DNA from: Vicugna vicugna
Lineage: Eukaryota
Assembly (NCBI GenBank): GCA_013265495.1
Contig: MU061804.1
Span: forward strand, 806,001-870,000
Reading direction: 5' to 3'
DNA length: 64,000 nucleotides
Shown here: positions 12,501 through 23,660 of the stretch, in pieces
Numbering within the stretch: position 1 is the first letter of the stretch
Layout: each line of letters starts with the position of its first letter
Notes under the pieces: generated by a model
The model's database searches: none
Told to the model about the DNA's origin: nothing
What the model saw: the letters and a program-made list of their open reading frames with translations, nothing else
Translations under genes and position numbers: made by a program

Positions 12501-14797
12501 CCCCTGCGATGAGCTTAGGCTGTGCGCATTACCACCCCACACTGCGGAGGACCCAGGACTGTGCGTGTAAGTGACCTGCCCACGGGTCAGCAGCTGGTAG
12601 AACTGAGGGTTGAAATCCTGGCTCAGAACTCCAAACCCCACGCTGAAGACCACCAGCACTTCTCCCCAGCAGGCGAGTGACTCCGACGGCCCGTCTGAGA
12701 AAGCCAAGGGTGAGATGAGGTGCTGGGGTGTCCCCGGGCCCCAAACAGCTGCACCAGCACCGATGACGCAGGAAACTTCAGCCCCGGAATGCCCCCCTCC
12801 CCCACAGTCAATCCCGTGAAATGCACGTCTTCTCCAGACAAAGTTGACTCCCTTCGTGCACACATGTCACCCGTCACCCTCCACCGCACGGAGCAGGCTA
12901 GCCCTGGGCCCGCAGGAGGGGTCCCGGGTGCAGCGGCCCCCAGTGTGGCCCGTGATGAAGCCCCGGCCGAGCTCCTCCGGTCACCTGCCACGGAAGGTAC
13001 AGGGAAGCGTGGCTCCCTACAGCCCTCCCGCCCTGCCTCTGGCCTCCGTGCCCAGAGCTACAGCCGGGAAAGGAAGTTCCTGGACACGGAGCGTTTCCTT
13101 CCCCTCAGAGGGCGCGTCCTCCTGCTCCACCAGCGCCTTCTCCTCGTCCGACCTCACCCTCCAGCCCCTCTCTCACGGGGCTGCCGCCCTGAGGGGCTGG
13201 CACCACCCTCTCGGGGACGTGCCTTTGCCTCGATGAGCCGGGGCGGGGGCAGGGCCGAGGGCAGCGTCTCAGCGTCATCGCCTCCTGGTGCCCAACCCCG
13301 AGAGGTCAGGAGCCACCAGAAGCCCCCTGCTGACGCTGACGCCCCACCTGTCCACACTGACCCACCCGCAGACGGCGGTTCAGCGGCTCCAGCTGAAACG
13401 CCGCCTCTTCCGAGTGAGAGCAGCTGGCGTCAGTGCCCCAGAGCAGCCCCGGTGGCGGCTTCACCTTTGCAAAGGTGACAGTGAGGCAAGTCAGAGCGGA
13501 ACCGAGTCGGGAGTCGGGAGGGCAGGCCGCCCTCCAGGCTTTATTGCTGGCCAGCGGCATCACTGTGGACAACGTCCTTAACTTCTCCGGCTCGAGCATC
13601 CTCACGCTCCAAGTGGGAGGTGTGGGCCAGGTGAGCCTCAGAAGGCAGCACCCGGGCTCTGTGGGGCGTGACACAAACCTCGTCTCAGCAGCTGAGCAGG
13701 TGTGAGTGTTGAAGCGGCAAAGCAAGGAGGCCGCTCTTTTGTAACCAAGGAAAAAAACAGCAATAGAGCATCTAGGTTTGATCACCAAGGACCCTCAAAA
13801 GAGACTTCAGACCTGGCTGTCGGGTTCGCACACACGAGCCCCTCGGAGCGGTGCCTGCGCGGCCCCGACACGTGTACCGTGACGTCCTGCTTACGTCCGA
13901 GCCCTCGGGCGGGACAGGGATCTCCAGGGCCACCGTCTCTCTGCCCCTGCGGCACCCTCACCCCGGCTCCCTGCGGGCAGTCAGCGCCATGGCCTGAATG
14001 ACCTTCGACCGTGCAGAGCTGACACCTGACCACGCCAGAGCCCGCGCGGCCAGCACACATCTCGCGGACTCTGCGCTTCTCCATTTTTCTGGAGATTTCC
14101 ACGGGAAAGTGCTCTAACAGGCCTGTGTCCTGGGTGGGGTGGGGGCGGCCTCTGCAGATGGTGGACTCCCTCCCTGGCCCTTCCCCCCGAGCTCCAGGAA
14201 ACGGGGTGCCGGTGGGCCCAGTGCCTGACAGCCACACCCCCGGGCTCTCCTGACACCCCCTTCCTCCACTCCAGAGCCCACCTGCCACCCAACACCGCTG
14301 CACCCCGAGCACGGCCTGAGAGGAGTCCACCCTCCTCCGAGGCCTGGCTCCTGCCGCTCCGCTCACCGCCCGAGGCACAGCCCCCATCTGGGAGGCATTT
14401 GGCGCATATTTAATCAAAGGCATCTGATTTCAGTGAGGCCCCAGTTCTTCCCCTCCGTCTGCTTGGCAGGAAGGAGCCCTTTGCACCTGCCTGGCAGCCA
14501 GAGCGTGGCGCTCCGCGTCCTCGAGGGCGGGCTGAGTAGCAGAGCAGACTTGGGATGAAATTCGACTCGACGTTACGTCGTTGTCCTCAGGTTGCAGGTC
14601 ACACTGCACACGGGTGCTGCCTTCGGCTGCTGGCAGCGACGGCCCTGCCCGGGAGGCGGCACCCCAGAACCGCAGCGGGGCAGTGAGTGGCCCCGCAGGC
14701 CAGGCCAGGGGGCTCAGGCCCACCCAGGACACAGCACAGAGGGCGGGCGCGGGAGCCCAGCACCCAAACGGGGCAGAAGGCTCACCCTGAGGCCTCA

Positions 14798-14869
14798 GGG
14801 ACCACAGCCCGTCGGGACCACAGTGCGTCGGGGACCACAGCCCGGCGGGGACCACAGCCCGGCAGGGAC
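14798..14869. repeat. Short GC-rich VNTR, 16-17 bp unit, about 4 copies
   Basis: gggaccacagcccgtc / gggaccacagtgcgtcg / gggaccacagcccggcg / gggaccacagcccggca read directly. Confidence 0.85.
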
Positions 14870-16823
14870 GGGCTGGCCCGAGCAGGACGGAGCTGCAGAC
14901 CCGTGTGACGGGGACGGAGCTGGGTGCAACCAGCCTGCCCCAGAGCAGCCGGCCAGGTTCCCGGGCTCCCGGGCCGCCAGGGCCAGCCGAGTGACTGGTT
15001 CCTGAACTGCCTGGGGACAGAGCTGCACAGGAGCCTCAAACCTCCAGGCGAGGTAAGCAGAGCGTCATCATGAAAGTGGAAAGAAATGACCGAACCTGCG
15101 GGAGAAGCTGGCTGGAGAGGGAAGGAGGCTGGGGCAGAGGCAGGGCCACCCGCGGTTCCCTGCCCGCTCTCGCTCGAGGGGCTGGCGGGGGACGAGGCCC
15201 GCCTCACTTCTCCGAAGGAGAAGGATAGCCACCGTGTCCTGGGTGGGGCTGCGCTCCCTCTGATGGCTGGGGTGGGGGGTTCAGAGGCCCTCGGGGGACC
15301 TCACCTCAGCGTGGAGCCTGGTGCGGGCTGACCAGTGATGGAGCAATCTCGGGACGTGAAGCAGACCGCAGCCGGGGCCGCACTGCAGAGTCAGCCGGGC
15401 AGCCCGCGGGGCCCTGACGCTGGTCGCCAGCAGAGGCGGAACTGCACTGGGGCATCCACACCGTGGCTCTCCCACCGAAGGTGGTCCCAGACCAGCAACA
15501 CCAGGGGGCTTGTCTGAAATGCCCAACCGCAGCCCGTCCCAGAGCCACCGAGCCTCGGGGTGGCCCGGGGGTCGGTGTCTCCACAGGTCCTCCAGGAGTC
15601 TGACGTGCGGCCGAGGAAGAGAATTATTAAAGACGCACACGGCCACACCCAAAGGCTCCCCCACCCAGAACCACAGGATGGTGGGAGGCTACCGCGGACA
15701 AGGTCACGTCCAGACCGCGCAGGCGCAGAAGGACACTCAGGGCCCTGATCCAGCTGACCCCGCCTCCCCAGGGAGCCGCTCGTGTCCACCCTGTGTGGCC
15801 CACAGACCCTCTGCCACTGGGGGCAGGCACCTCTGGGCCCCGGGACGCCCACCACCCAGGGGTGCTCGAGGTCAGCCCAGCCCCACAATATCCTCGCTTC
15901 TTACACGAGCCCCCACCTGCGGACTCTGGGTTTTCTCTCTCAAAAACTAGAATAAAAATCTGCTGAAGAGTCCACGGGGGCCGATACCAGTGACCCCTCG
16001 CAACATCAGCACCCGAGACGCTTCCTGGGATAGGGAAGAAGTCCCTTATCCTGGGAAAGCGCCACTAGGCGATAAAAGCAACGTTGTGAGGATTCCCCGC
16101 CTCCACCCCCGCCCCCCGGCGAAGAGTGTCCTGGGCCCAAGCTGCACCATTATCACTTCTCCGCTCGCCCCCAGCAGCCGACGGGCTGTCGGGGTAGGGA
16201 CTGCGCTGTCCACGCTGCTGTGACCACAGCGCCCCGCTCATCACCCACGTCCGCTCCACGGGAGCCGCTGAAGGAACCCCACGGCCTGCTCGTCCACCGG
16301 CCAGAGGAGCCCCAAGGCCAGGCTGCAGCAGAGCCGCCGGGCCCGGGTCACCAGGCCCCTTCCCGCCAAGTCCTTCCCTGGAGCCGATGGCCAATCCCGG
16401 GGACGCGTCTGGCAGACACTGGCCCCAGAGAGCCGGCACCGCTGGGGCACACTCTCCTCTGCCTGCTCCACCCCAGAGACTGCATCCTAGGAATTCCAGC
16501 CCCCTAGCTTTCCCCGAGTTCCTTTACTAAAAAGGATCCTGGGAGGGCAAGTTCTGTTTTCCCGATTCCTTGTCACGCGAACAACCAAACGTGCTCCCAG
16601 AGAGTTTTGACGTTAGCGCTAAGTGGAAAGTCAGGTTCAAGGTTCTTTGCAAAGAAAAAGGACAGACAAAGACAGAAAGGGCCGGGTGCGAATGGCGGGC
16701 CCTCAGCAGTGGTAACTCTGCCCGTTTCAGTGCCTCCAGTGGCTCCCCCGGGTCCCGCGAGCCAGGCGGGAAAAGGCGCAAAGGGGCCAGAAGAGCCTAA
16801 CTCTCGCTGGAGCCCTCGGCAGC

Positions 16824-16900
16824 CTCTCTGGGCCTCAGCTCCCTCACCTGTGAAATGGCAGCTGGACTGAGGACCTCGAAGGGGACTTCCAACCCTAAAA
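16824..16900 (+). mobile_element. MIR SINE core fragment
   Basis: ctctctgggcctcagctccctcacctgtgaaatgg...ggactg...cttccaaccctaaaa resembles the MIR core. Confidence 0.6.
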
Positions 16901-18864
16901 GGCGATGACTGAAAACACCACCAAGCCTGAATAGCTGGCTGTGCACTTCAGAAAGTGCTTGCCCACCTCCAGTGGGCAGCAGGGAATGCCACCATCTGCG
17001 AGGTTCTCCTTGGACTTTTGACTTTGATCCCTGACAAAAGCCCCCCCCCCCGTGCCCCCAGAACAGCCCTGGGCAGGCAGGCCGCAACCTCTCTTTGCAC
17101 AAGCACGATGGCAGCAGGTTGAGAACAAAGAGCAGGAAAAATGTCAGACAAAGGCAAGGTCTGGGTAACGGGGAGCAGTGGAAGGGCACGGAGGGGGCCG
17201 GAGCGCACAAGTAATCTCGCTGCAGCTTTGCCTGGAGTGACACCAGCTCTGCTGCAGAGCAGAGTCCTCTGTAGAAGAGCTGGGTCAACTCCCTGGGGTC
17301 AGGACGAACCTGGAGAGGGTTCCAGAGAACAGGGCTCCTGGGTTCCAAGAGCTGCTCAAGGGGCCAGCACAGGCTGGGGAAGGAACGGGGTCCCCCCGTC
17401 TCAGCCACACCTTCCTGAGCCAGTCTGACCACGTGCTCTTTGGGGAGGGCGACACAGGAGCCCTGGTTTGCGGCATCTGCCGATTTCCGTGGTGTAAACG
17501 CTGTCACCAGCGCCCACTTGGAACTATCGGTCTGATGACGCTGGACGCAGAGGTCAGAGGCCCGGGTTCTGTCGGCTCTCGTGAGCCTTCCAACCCCTTG
17601 GTCCGAGGCAGGGAGCTCCTGTTAGCTAAATGCGGTGTTTCTAGGGCGGGGACGCGGTCTGAGACGCTGCTGCCTGCCCTCAGTGGCCCCTGCTCCACCC
17701 ACAGGCCGTCCTGCCCAGTCCCCTCTCACCGCAGGGAGGGCAGCAGAGGAAGGAGAGGGAGCCCCCGGGCCAGGCCACCGGGTGACTCCCAGGAAGGTGC
17801 TGGGGAGGGGCCTGCAGGCACTGAGAAAAACGAAGTTGGAGTATCACCAGCCCAAGTTACTCATCCTGGCCCCTGGGGTAGCAGGCGTTGGCTGCAGCCT
17901 CACAGGGAGCAAGGGTGATGGACAGAGTGGCCTGGGGCCAGGACATCCGTCTGGTCCGGGGGCCCACCAGTCGGAACCCGAACAAAGCAAGACCCCACGG
18001 AGACCGAGGCCCAAGTTACGGTAAGTCACGGATGCGACAATCATTCACATGTGGACGTGTCCTACAGGGGACACACGCTTTCACAAATCCCTCCCCAGCC
18101 CTGCGCTGTTGTTTTTTTTCTTTTTGATCCCGGGAGGAAGACGGGTACAGGCAGTTCTTCCCCTAAAAAGCTGAGGGTGCAGGAGTGGGCGCCGTGCGTG
18201 GGGGGGAGCTGTCCCATGGCAGCCCCTTGCCCCGGCCCCTCGCCCCGGCACCCCCTTTCCGGAGCTCTTATTCATTCCGTCTTGGCAGCCGCCTCTTGTG
18301 TAACTGAAACCTCAAGAAACTTTTTGTTTGGCTTTATATTCAGAAGAAATTCCAGTAACTTGGTTCCCGCTACTTAAAAAAAAATTCCCAGCCCGGCTCT
18401 GGAGAACTCAGCTCCCCGCCCCCCAGCACAGACTGGTCCCTGAGAGCAGGCTTCTCCCGCCCCACCCGACTCCATGCAGGGCCTGGCCCCTCATGCTGCG
18501 GCCTGGCGGGCCCGGGGCTGAGGGCAGGGCGAGGCGGGCAACGCGGGCCTGCTCCGTGGCTGCAGCCAAGAGAGTTAAGGGCTGTTGAAAGGTCTGCTTG
18601 GCTGGTCTCCCTCTCACCGGGGTTCGCTGCTCACTTTTGTTTCTGGCCGGCAGGACGGGGAGCCTGTGGTGAGGCCCGCTGTCCGCGCACCGGAGACCGT
18701 GCCCAGGCCCCCTCCCCGGGCCTCTAACCAGGATCTGCCCACGTCCTGACCTGCTGCCTGCCCGCCTGGGCCGGCAAGTGACTGCTGTTGAGTCAGGAAG
18801 ACGGCCTTGACTCTGTGTGTCCTGAACCCTCTCCTTCAAGTGGGGCCACCGGGAAGCTTGTTTA

Positions 18865-19570
18865 AGCAGCAGCAAAGGCGGCCTGCCTGCACTGCTGGTG
18901 GGAGTGTAAACTGATGCAGCCACCATGGAAAGCAGTGCGGGGGGCTCCCTGAACGCTGAACCAGAGCCACCCTGTGACCCAGCAGTCCCACTCCTGGGCA
19001 CATAATGGAGGAAACTAATTCGAAAGTTACACACACCCCGATGTTCACAGCAGCACCATTTACAGCAGCCAAGACGTGGAAACAACCTAAGTGTCCATCG
19101 GCAGACGACCGGATAAAGCAGCTGTGCAGTGGAGTACTACTCAGCCACGAAACGGAACAGAACAACGCCATTTACAGCAACGGGGATGGGCCTAGAGATG
19201 ATCACACTAAGTGAAGTAGGTCAGACAGAGAAAGAAAAATCTCACATGACACCACTCACTTGTGGAATCTAAAATATGATACAAACAAACGTTTACGAGA
19301 TGGAAGGAGACTCACAGGCATAGAAAACAGCCGTGTGGTCACCAAAGGGCAAGTGGGGAGGAGGGGTAAGTTAGGAGCGTGGGAGGAACAGACACCAACA
19401 ACAATAAACAAAACAGACAGACAAGGTCCGACTGCACAGCTCAGGGAGCCGTGCTCAGGGCCCTGCGACAACCTGCAGTTTCTCGCAAGAGCTCTGCCTC
19501 TTCAGGAAAGAATCTGAAGCTGTACCCCTGAAACTAACAGAATGCTGTGAACCAACTACAGCTGAGTAAG
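18865..19570 (+). mobile_element. 5'-truncated LINE-1 (ORF2 C-terminus plus 3' UTR), degenerate
   Basis: ORF 19005-19214 contains TPMFTAAPFTAAKTWKQPKCP, the L1 ORF2 C-terminal motif. It is followed by L1 3' UTR motifs (actaagtgaagtaggtcagacagagaaag, tgtggaatctaaaa, ctgaaactaac). Confidence 0.9.
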
Positions 19571-20068
19571 AAAGAGGTCAACTAAAAGGAAGAGGATTTG
19601 GGGGAAGGCAGCCCCCTGGGCCCCCCTCCTGAGGAACTGAATCAGAAACTGCACTTTAACAGGACCCCCCGCCGGTTCAAGGGGCAAGCTGAGCCCGCAC
19701 GAAGCTGGAGGGACACTAGTGAGAGGTGCCCTGGTGACGCTGCTGGCTGCCTGCGGCGTGCCGGCGGGACCCGCTCCAGCGGGCGCACCAGCCCCGCACG
19801 CACACGGACGGTCCCCGTGGGTGGCCGTGGGCGTTGTGCACAGGCCCGCGGAGATGATCGCTCTCATCGTCCCAAGTCAACCTCGTGACACCCGAAGTCC
19901 CCCCGCCTGTATTTCCAGCAGAGCCTTAGCTGACAGTTTGCTACCCAGACCCTCGCCGCCCCTCTTCTCCTCCGTCCCCTCCCACCAGGAAGCCACCTTG
20001 TCCGCCTCCCGTGCAGCTGTAACCAGCTGACTGAATCCTGGCCACTCAACAGTTTCCAGACGCACGGA

Positions 20069-20190
20069 CACACCCTGGGAGCTCGGTCCAAATGCAGAAT
20101 TCCAGGCTCCACCCCAGACCTACAGTACTCAGATCTGTCTTAAGATCCTCAGTGACACTTTTGCATATTAAATTCAGGAAGTGTTAACCT
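20069..20190 (-). mobile_element. hAT-Charlie MITE remnant (MER5-like)
   Basis: cctgggagctcggtccaaatgcagaattccaggctccaccccagacctac is the reverse complement of the MER5 core as recalled. Confidence 0.6.
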
Positions 20191-20224
20191 AGGGGCTCCT
20201 GGGAAAGTCTCTTTCCTGTTAGAG

Positions 20225-20457
20225 GGACAGAGTTGCTGCCACCATGCCTGCCTCATCCCCCTGCCTTGAATGTAAGTATGATGCCAGGGTCGGCATCAGC
20301 CATCCACAAGAATGAAAAAGTGAGTGAGCACAAGCAGGCTGGGGATGAGGATGCAAAAGTGACAAAGAGTCTGGGTCTTCAGTGGCACCCTGAGCTGCTG
20401 GACCAGACTTCCTAAGTGTCCTGTTACTGGAAGCTGAAAACATTGCTAATTAACACG
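20225..20457 (+). mobile_element. Old MaLR LTR remnant (MLT1J/K-like)
   Basis: cctgccttgaatgtaagtatgatg...cagccatc...agagtctgggtc...ctgttactggaagctgaaaacattgctaat resembles the MLT1J/K 3' half. Confidence 0.55.
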
Positions 20458-21156
20458 TGCTCTAAGGCCGAGCACGAGGAAGGGTCTCCAAGGAGGTGGC
20501 CATGCCCAGAAGCTGCACCTCCCTGGAGACACGCCCTGGCGGGGCTGCAGGTCCCCTGCTCCTGACCGCTCCTCGGGGGGCACGGCTGGCTGACACTGCG
20601 CACAGGCACGCCGCACACGTGTTTCTCGTCCTTCTGAGCGCCTGCGCAGCCATGGGGAGCAGCAGTCGTGGTGACCTCCTCCTGAAGTCGCTGCCCCAGG
20701 GCCTCCATGGGCACCTGAGTCCCCCCAGGTGTTTACTGGACACTCAGTTTCCTCTGCGGTTCCCGTCCCGCCTCGCTCTGCACACAGGCTCCCTGAGCTT
20801 TCTTGTTGGGGACGAAATCCAGCCACTGAGCTCTGCAAGGCAGGGAGCACCCAGGCCAGCTGGTACCTTTTGGCTCACAGGATGGGCCTTCCTTTGGGGA
20901 TGGGAAAGGAGGAGGAGGAGGAGGCAGGAGAAACTGGACGCATCCCAACCCAGCCTCCAAAGAGCGGTGCCATGCAAAGTCCAGCCGTTCCAGAAGCGCC
21001 ACCTTGGGTCTCCTCCCTCCACAATCTCAGCAGTGGTCTGGCTTAGACGGTGACGCCTCAGCCTGCGGAGGACAGGCTGCAGAGCTCTGGGTTGGTTTTC
21101 AAATAACGATCGTCAAATGATTATGTTAAGCTACCTAGGTTCTTCGAAAGGAAAAC

Positions 21157-21213
21157 AAGAGGGAGGGAGGGAGGGAGGGAAGGGAAAGGGGGGAAGGGAA
21201 GAAGGAAGGGAAG
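21157..21213. repeat. Polypurine tract with (GGGA)5
   Basis: 57 consecutive purines, aagagggagggagggagggagggaagggaaaggggggaagggaagaaggaagggaag. Confidence 0.9.
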
Positions 21214-21364
21214 CAGAAAGACCTGGGCTCTGAGCTTCCCCCCCGATGTCTGTGGGTCTGTGGGTCTGTGGACTGATTACTCCCAATTCACTGAAAGGAT
21301 GGCGGTGCGTCCACACAGGGCGCTTCTCAGGAGTATGAAGGGATGGGGTCCGTGAAGTCACATG

Positions 21365-21597
21365 GATGCCCAGTGGCAGCGTCGTGCTGCACTGAAAGAA
21401 GCCGGACTCAAAAGGCTATGTACTGAGCGATCATTTATATCATATTCTGGAAAAAGCAAAGCCATGGGGGTGGAAACCGGAGCGGCGGTTACCAGGAGCA
21501 GGGAGGGAGGAGCAACTGCAGGGGATGCTTCTGGGCACGAGGGAACATTTTCGTCTTGATGGTGATTGTGGTTATATGATTACACAAATTTGACAAA
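21365..21597 (+). mobile_element. Ancient L1M 3' UTR fragment
   Basis: gaaagaagccggactcaaaaggctatgtactgagcgatcatttatatcatattctggaaaaagcaaa...ggttaccagg...gatggtgattgtggttatatg matches old L1M 3' ends as recalled. Confidence 0.7.
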
Positions 21598-22917
21598 GTT
21601 CCTGGGACCGGAGACTTCTGCTTCCGGCCAAGATGGGTTAACGGGGACCAGACTTAGCCCCTTGCCATTAACAACCCAAACCGAAAGCATCATAGGGAAA
21701 AAATGGGTGAAATAACAGTTTTCGAGCCCTGAGACAGGGGGTCCCAGCCCGTGGGCTCCAGCACTGCCCACCTGCTGTCTTGTCCGAGGTCTTAGGCCAC
21801 CATGCACACAAGGGCGCCCGGGTGGAGCCGTGAGAGCCTGAGGAGCCGGGGCCGAGAGTCCCAGGAGACCAGGGCAGCTGGGCTGCCGGGACAGGGCAGC
21901 GGGCAGGGAAGAGCCGTGCAGAGAAGGAGCCCCAGGGCCCGGCAGAGGGGCCCCAGGGCGAGGGGCGCACGCGTGTGAGGGAGCCACCCGAGGCCGAGGG
22001 ACGGCGCGTTGGTCTGCGGCTCCTGGGAAACAAAGCAGCACGAACTCAGTGGTTAAAACAGCCCACGCGCACTTCCGGGCGGCGTCCGCGGGTCGGGAGC
22101 CCAGGCCCGGCGTGGCTGGGCCCCGTCCGCTCTCACGGGCTGCACGCGAGGTGTCGGCCTGGGCGGAGCACCGCCTGGAGAAGCACCTGCTCCGGGCCCG
22201 TTCTGACTGGAGGCAGGACTCGTCCAGCCCGCAGCCGGGCTCCGGAGGGCTGGGCGCCTTCGAGCTCCAGCTGGTGCAGAGGAGACGCGTGCAACCCGAA
22301 CACGCACTGGCGACCCGTCACCTTCCCATGTGACACAGCCCGGTCACATCCCGTTACTCTGTCATGTGTCACTGGTTAGACACAAGCCCCAGGTCCTGCT
22401 CACACTCGAGGGGAGGGGGCTACACAAAGGCGTGACCAAGCAGAGGCAGGCGTCACTGAGGGCCACCCGAGGGCCCTTCTGCCACGAGCCACCAGGAGGG
22501 TTAAAGGGAGTGGGGCCCAGCGCTCACAGACCGACGTCTCCCGGGAACCAGGCTCGAGGAGCTCGTGCCTCACCGCGCACCGGCAGCGGACGCGAAGGGT
22601 CTGCCTCGGTCGCAGGGGGACTTGTCCCCAGACTAAGGGCCGCACTGGCTCCACCCAACGCGTTTTAGAGGCAAAAAGGCCCCGCCGCTCGGGGTCAGAG
22701 CGCTGGCAGCGCACGTGCAGGACGAAAAGGCCCGCCACCTCCCGGAGCTGAGCTGAGTCCCGAGCAGAGCTCAGGAACGTCTTCCGACCATTTTGAATGA
22801 GCTGAGCTTGTAAGAAATCAAAATGACCCAAAATAAAATCTGCAATCCTGGCAGCCAAGACACGAAAGCAGGAAAATGCAACCCATGGCAAGGGGGAGAG
22901 TCAGTCCAAACCGACCC

Positions 22918-23006
22918 CGAGCTGCAGGTGCATCAGAGCTACAGGCGTGTCGTCAGAGCTACAGACACGTCAGAGTTAAAGACGCGTCCGAGCTGCAGGC
23001 GCGTCA
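22918..23006. repeat. Degenerate ~17 bp tandem repeat inside the L1M remnant, about 5 copies
   Basis: Units cgagctgcaggtgcatc, agagctacagacacgtc, agagttaaagacgcgtc, cgagctgcaggcgcgtc. Confidence 0.65.
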
Positions 23007-23515
23007 GTTAGCGGCAGGGACGTTGCTGCTGCCATCACAACTGTCCTGCACGTGGCCAGGAAGTTTAGCAAAGACATGAAAGACGTTTAAAAGACCCCAG
23101 AAGTCATAGAGAGGAAAACTACAACGTCTGATTTAAAAAACACACTGGGTAGGATTAACGTCAGATTTTATGTGGCAAAAAAAAAAAAAGAGTAAACTTG
23201 AAGCCCTAGTAATAGAAACGACCGAAAATGAAAGACAGATTTAAAAAATGAAATGAAACGTGAAGTGCAAGGAGAACTTCAAATAATTTAATACACAGAG
23301 TCCCCACAGGAGCAGGGAGCGTGGAGACACAGAAACGTACAGAGTGAACAGCTAACACTTCACCAAGTTTAATTTTTAAAGCACAAACCCCCAGTCCAAG
23401 AAGCTCAAAGAACAGTAAGCATAAGAAATACGGAAAGAAGCTTCCACACCAAGGCATCCCACAGCCAACTGCTCAAAGCCCGTGAGAGAGAGAAACAGCA
23501 GAAGCTGCCAGAGTC

Positions 23516-23660
23516 GGGGGGAGGGTGCAGCGCAGCGTGGAGCACGCGCTTGGCGTGCGCTGGGCGTGCACTTGGTGTGCACGAGGTCCTGGGTTCCATC
23601 CCCAGTCCCTCTGTTAAAAAACAAACAAACCTAATTACCTCCCCCCCAAAAAAGAAAAAA
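23516..23660 (+). mobile_element. Camelid tRNA-derived SINE (Vic-1-like) inserted in L1M
   Basis: ggggagggt head, cacgaggtcctgggttccatccccagt B-box region and the tail aaacaaacaaacctaattacctcccccccaaaaaa. Confidence 0.85.

Noticed and set aside
14798-14869. Repeat array considered as CRISPR-like
   Set aside because: Head-to-tail units with no unique spacers, no cas genes and a eukaryotic context.
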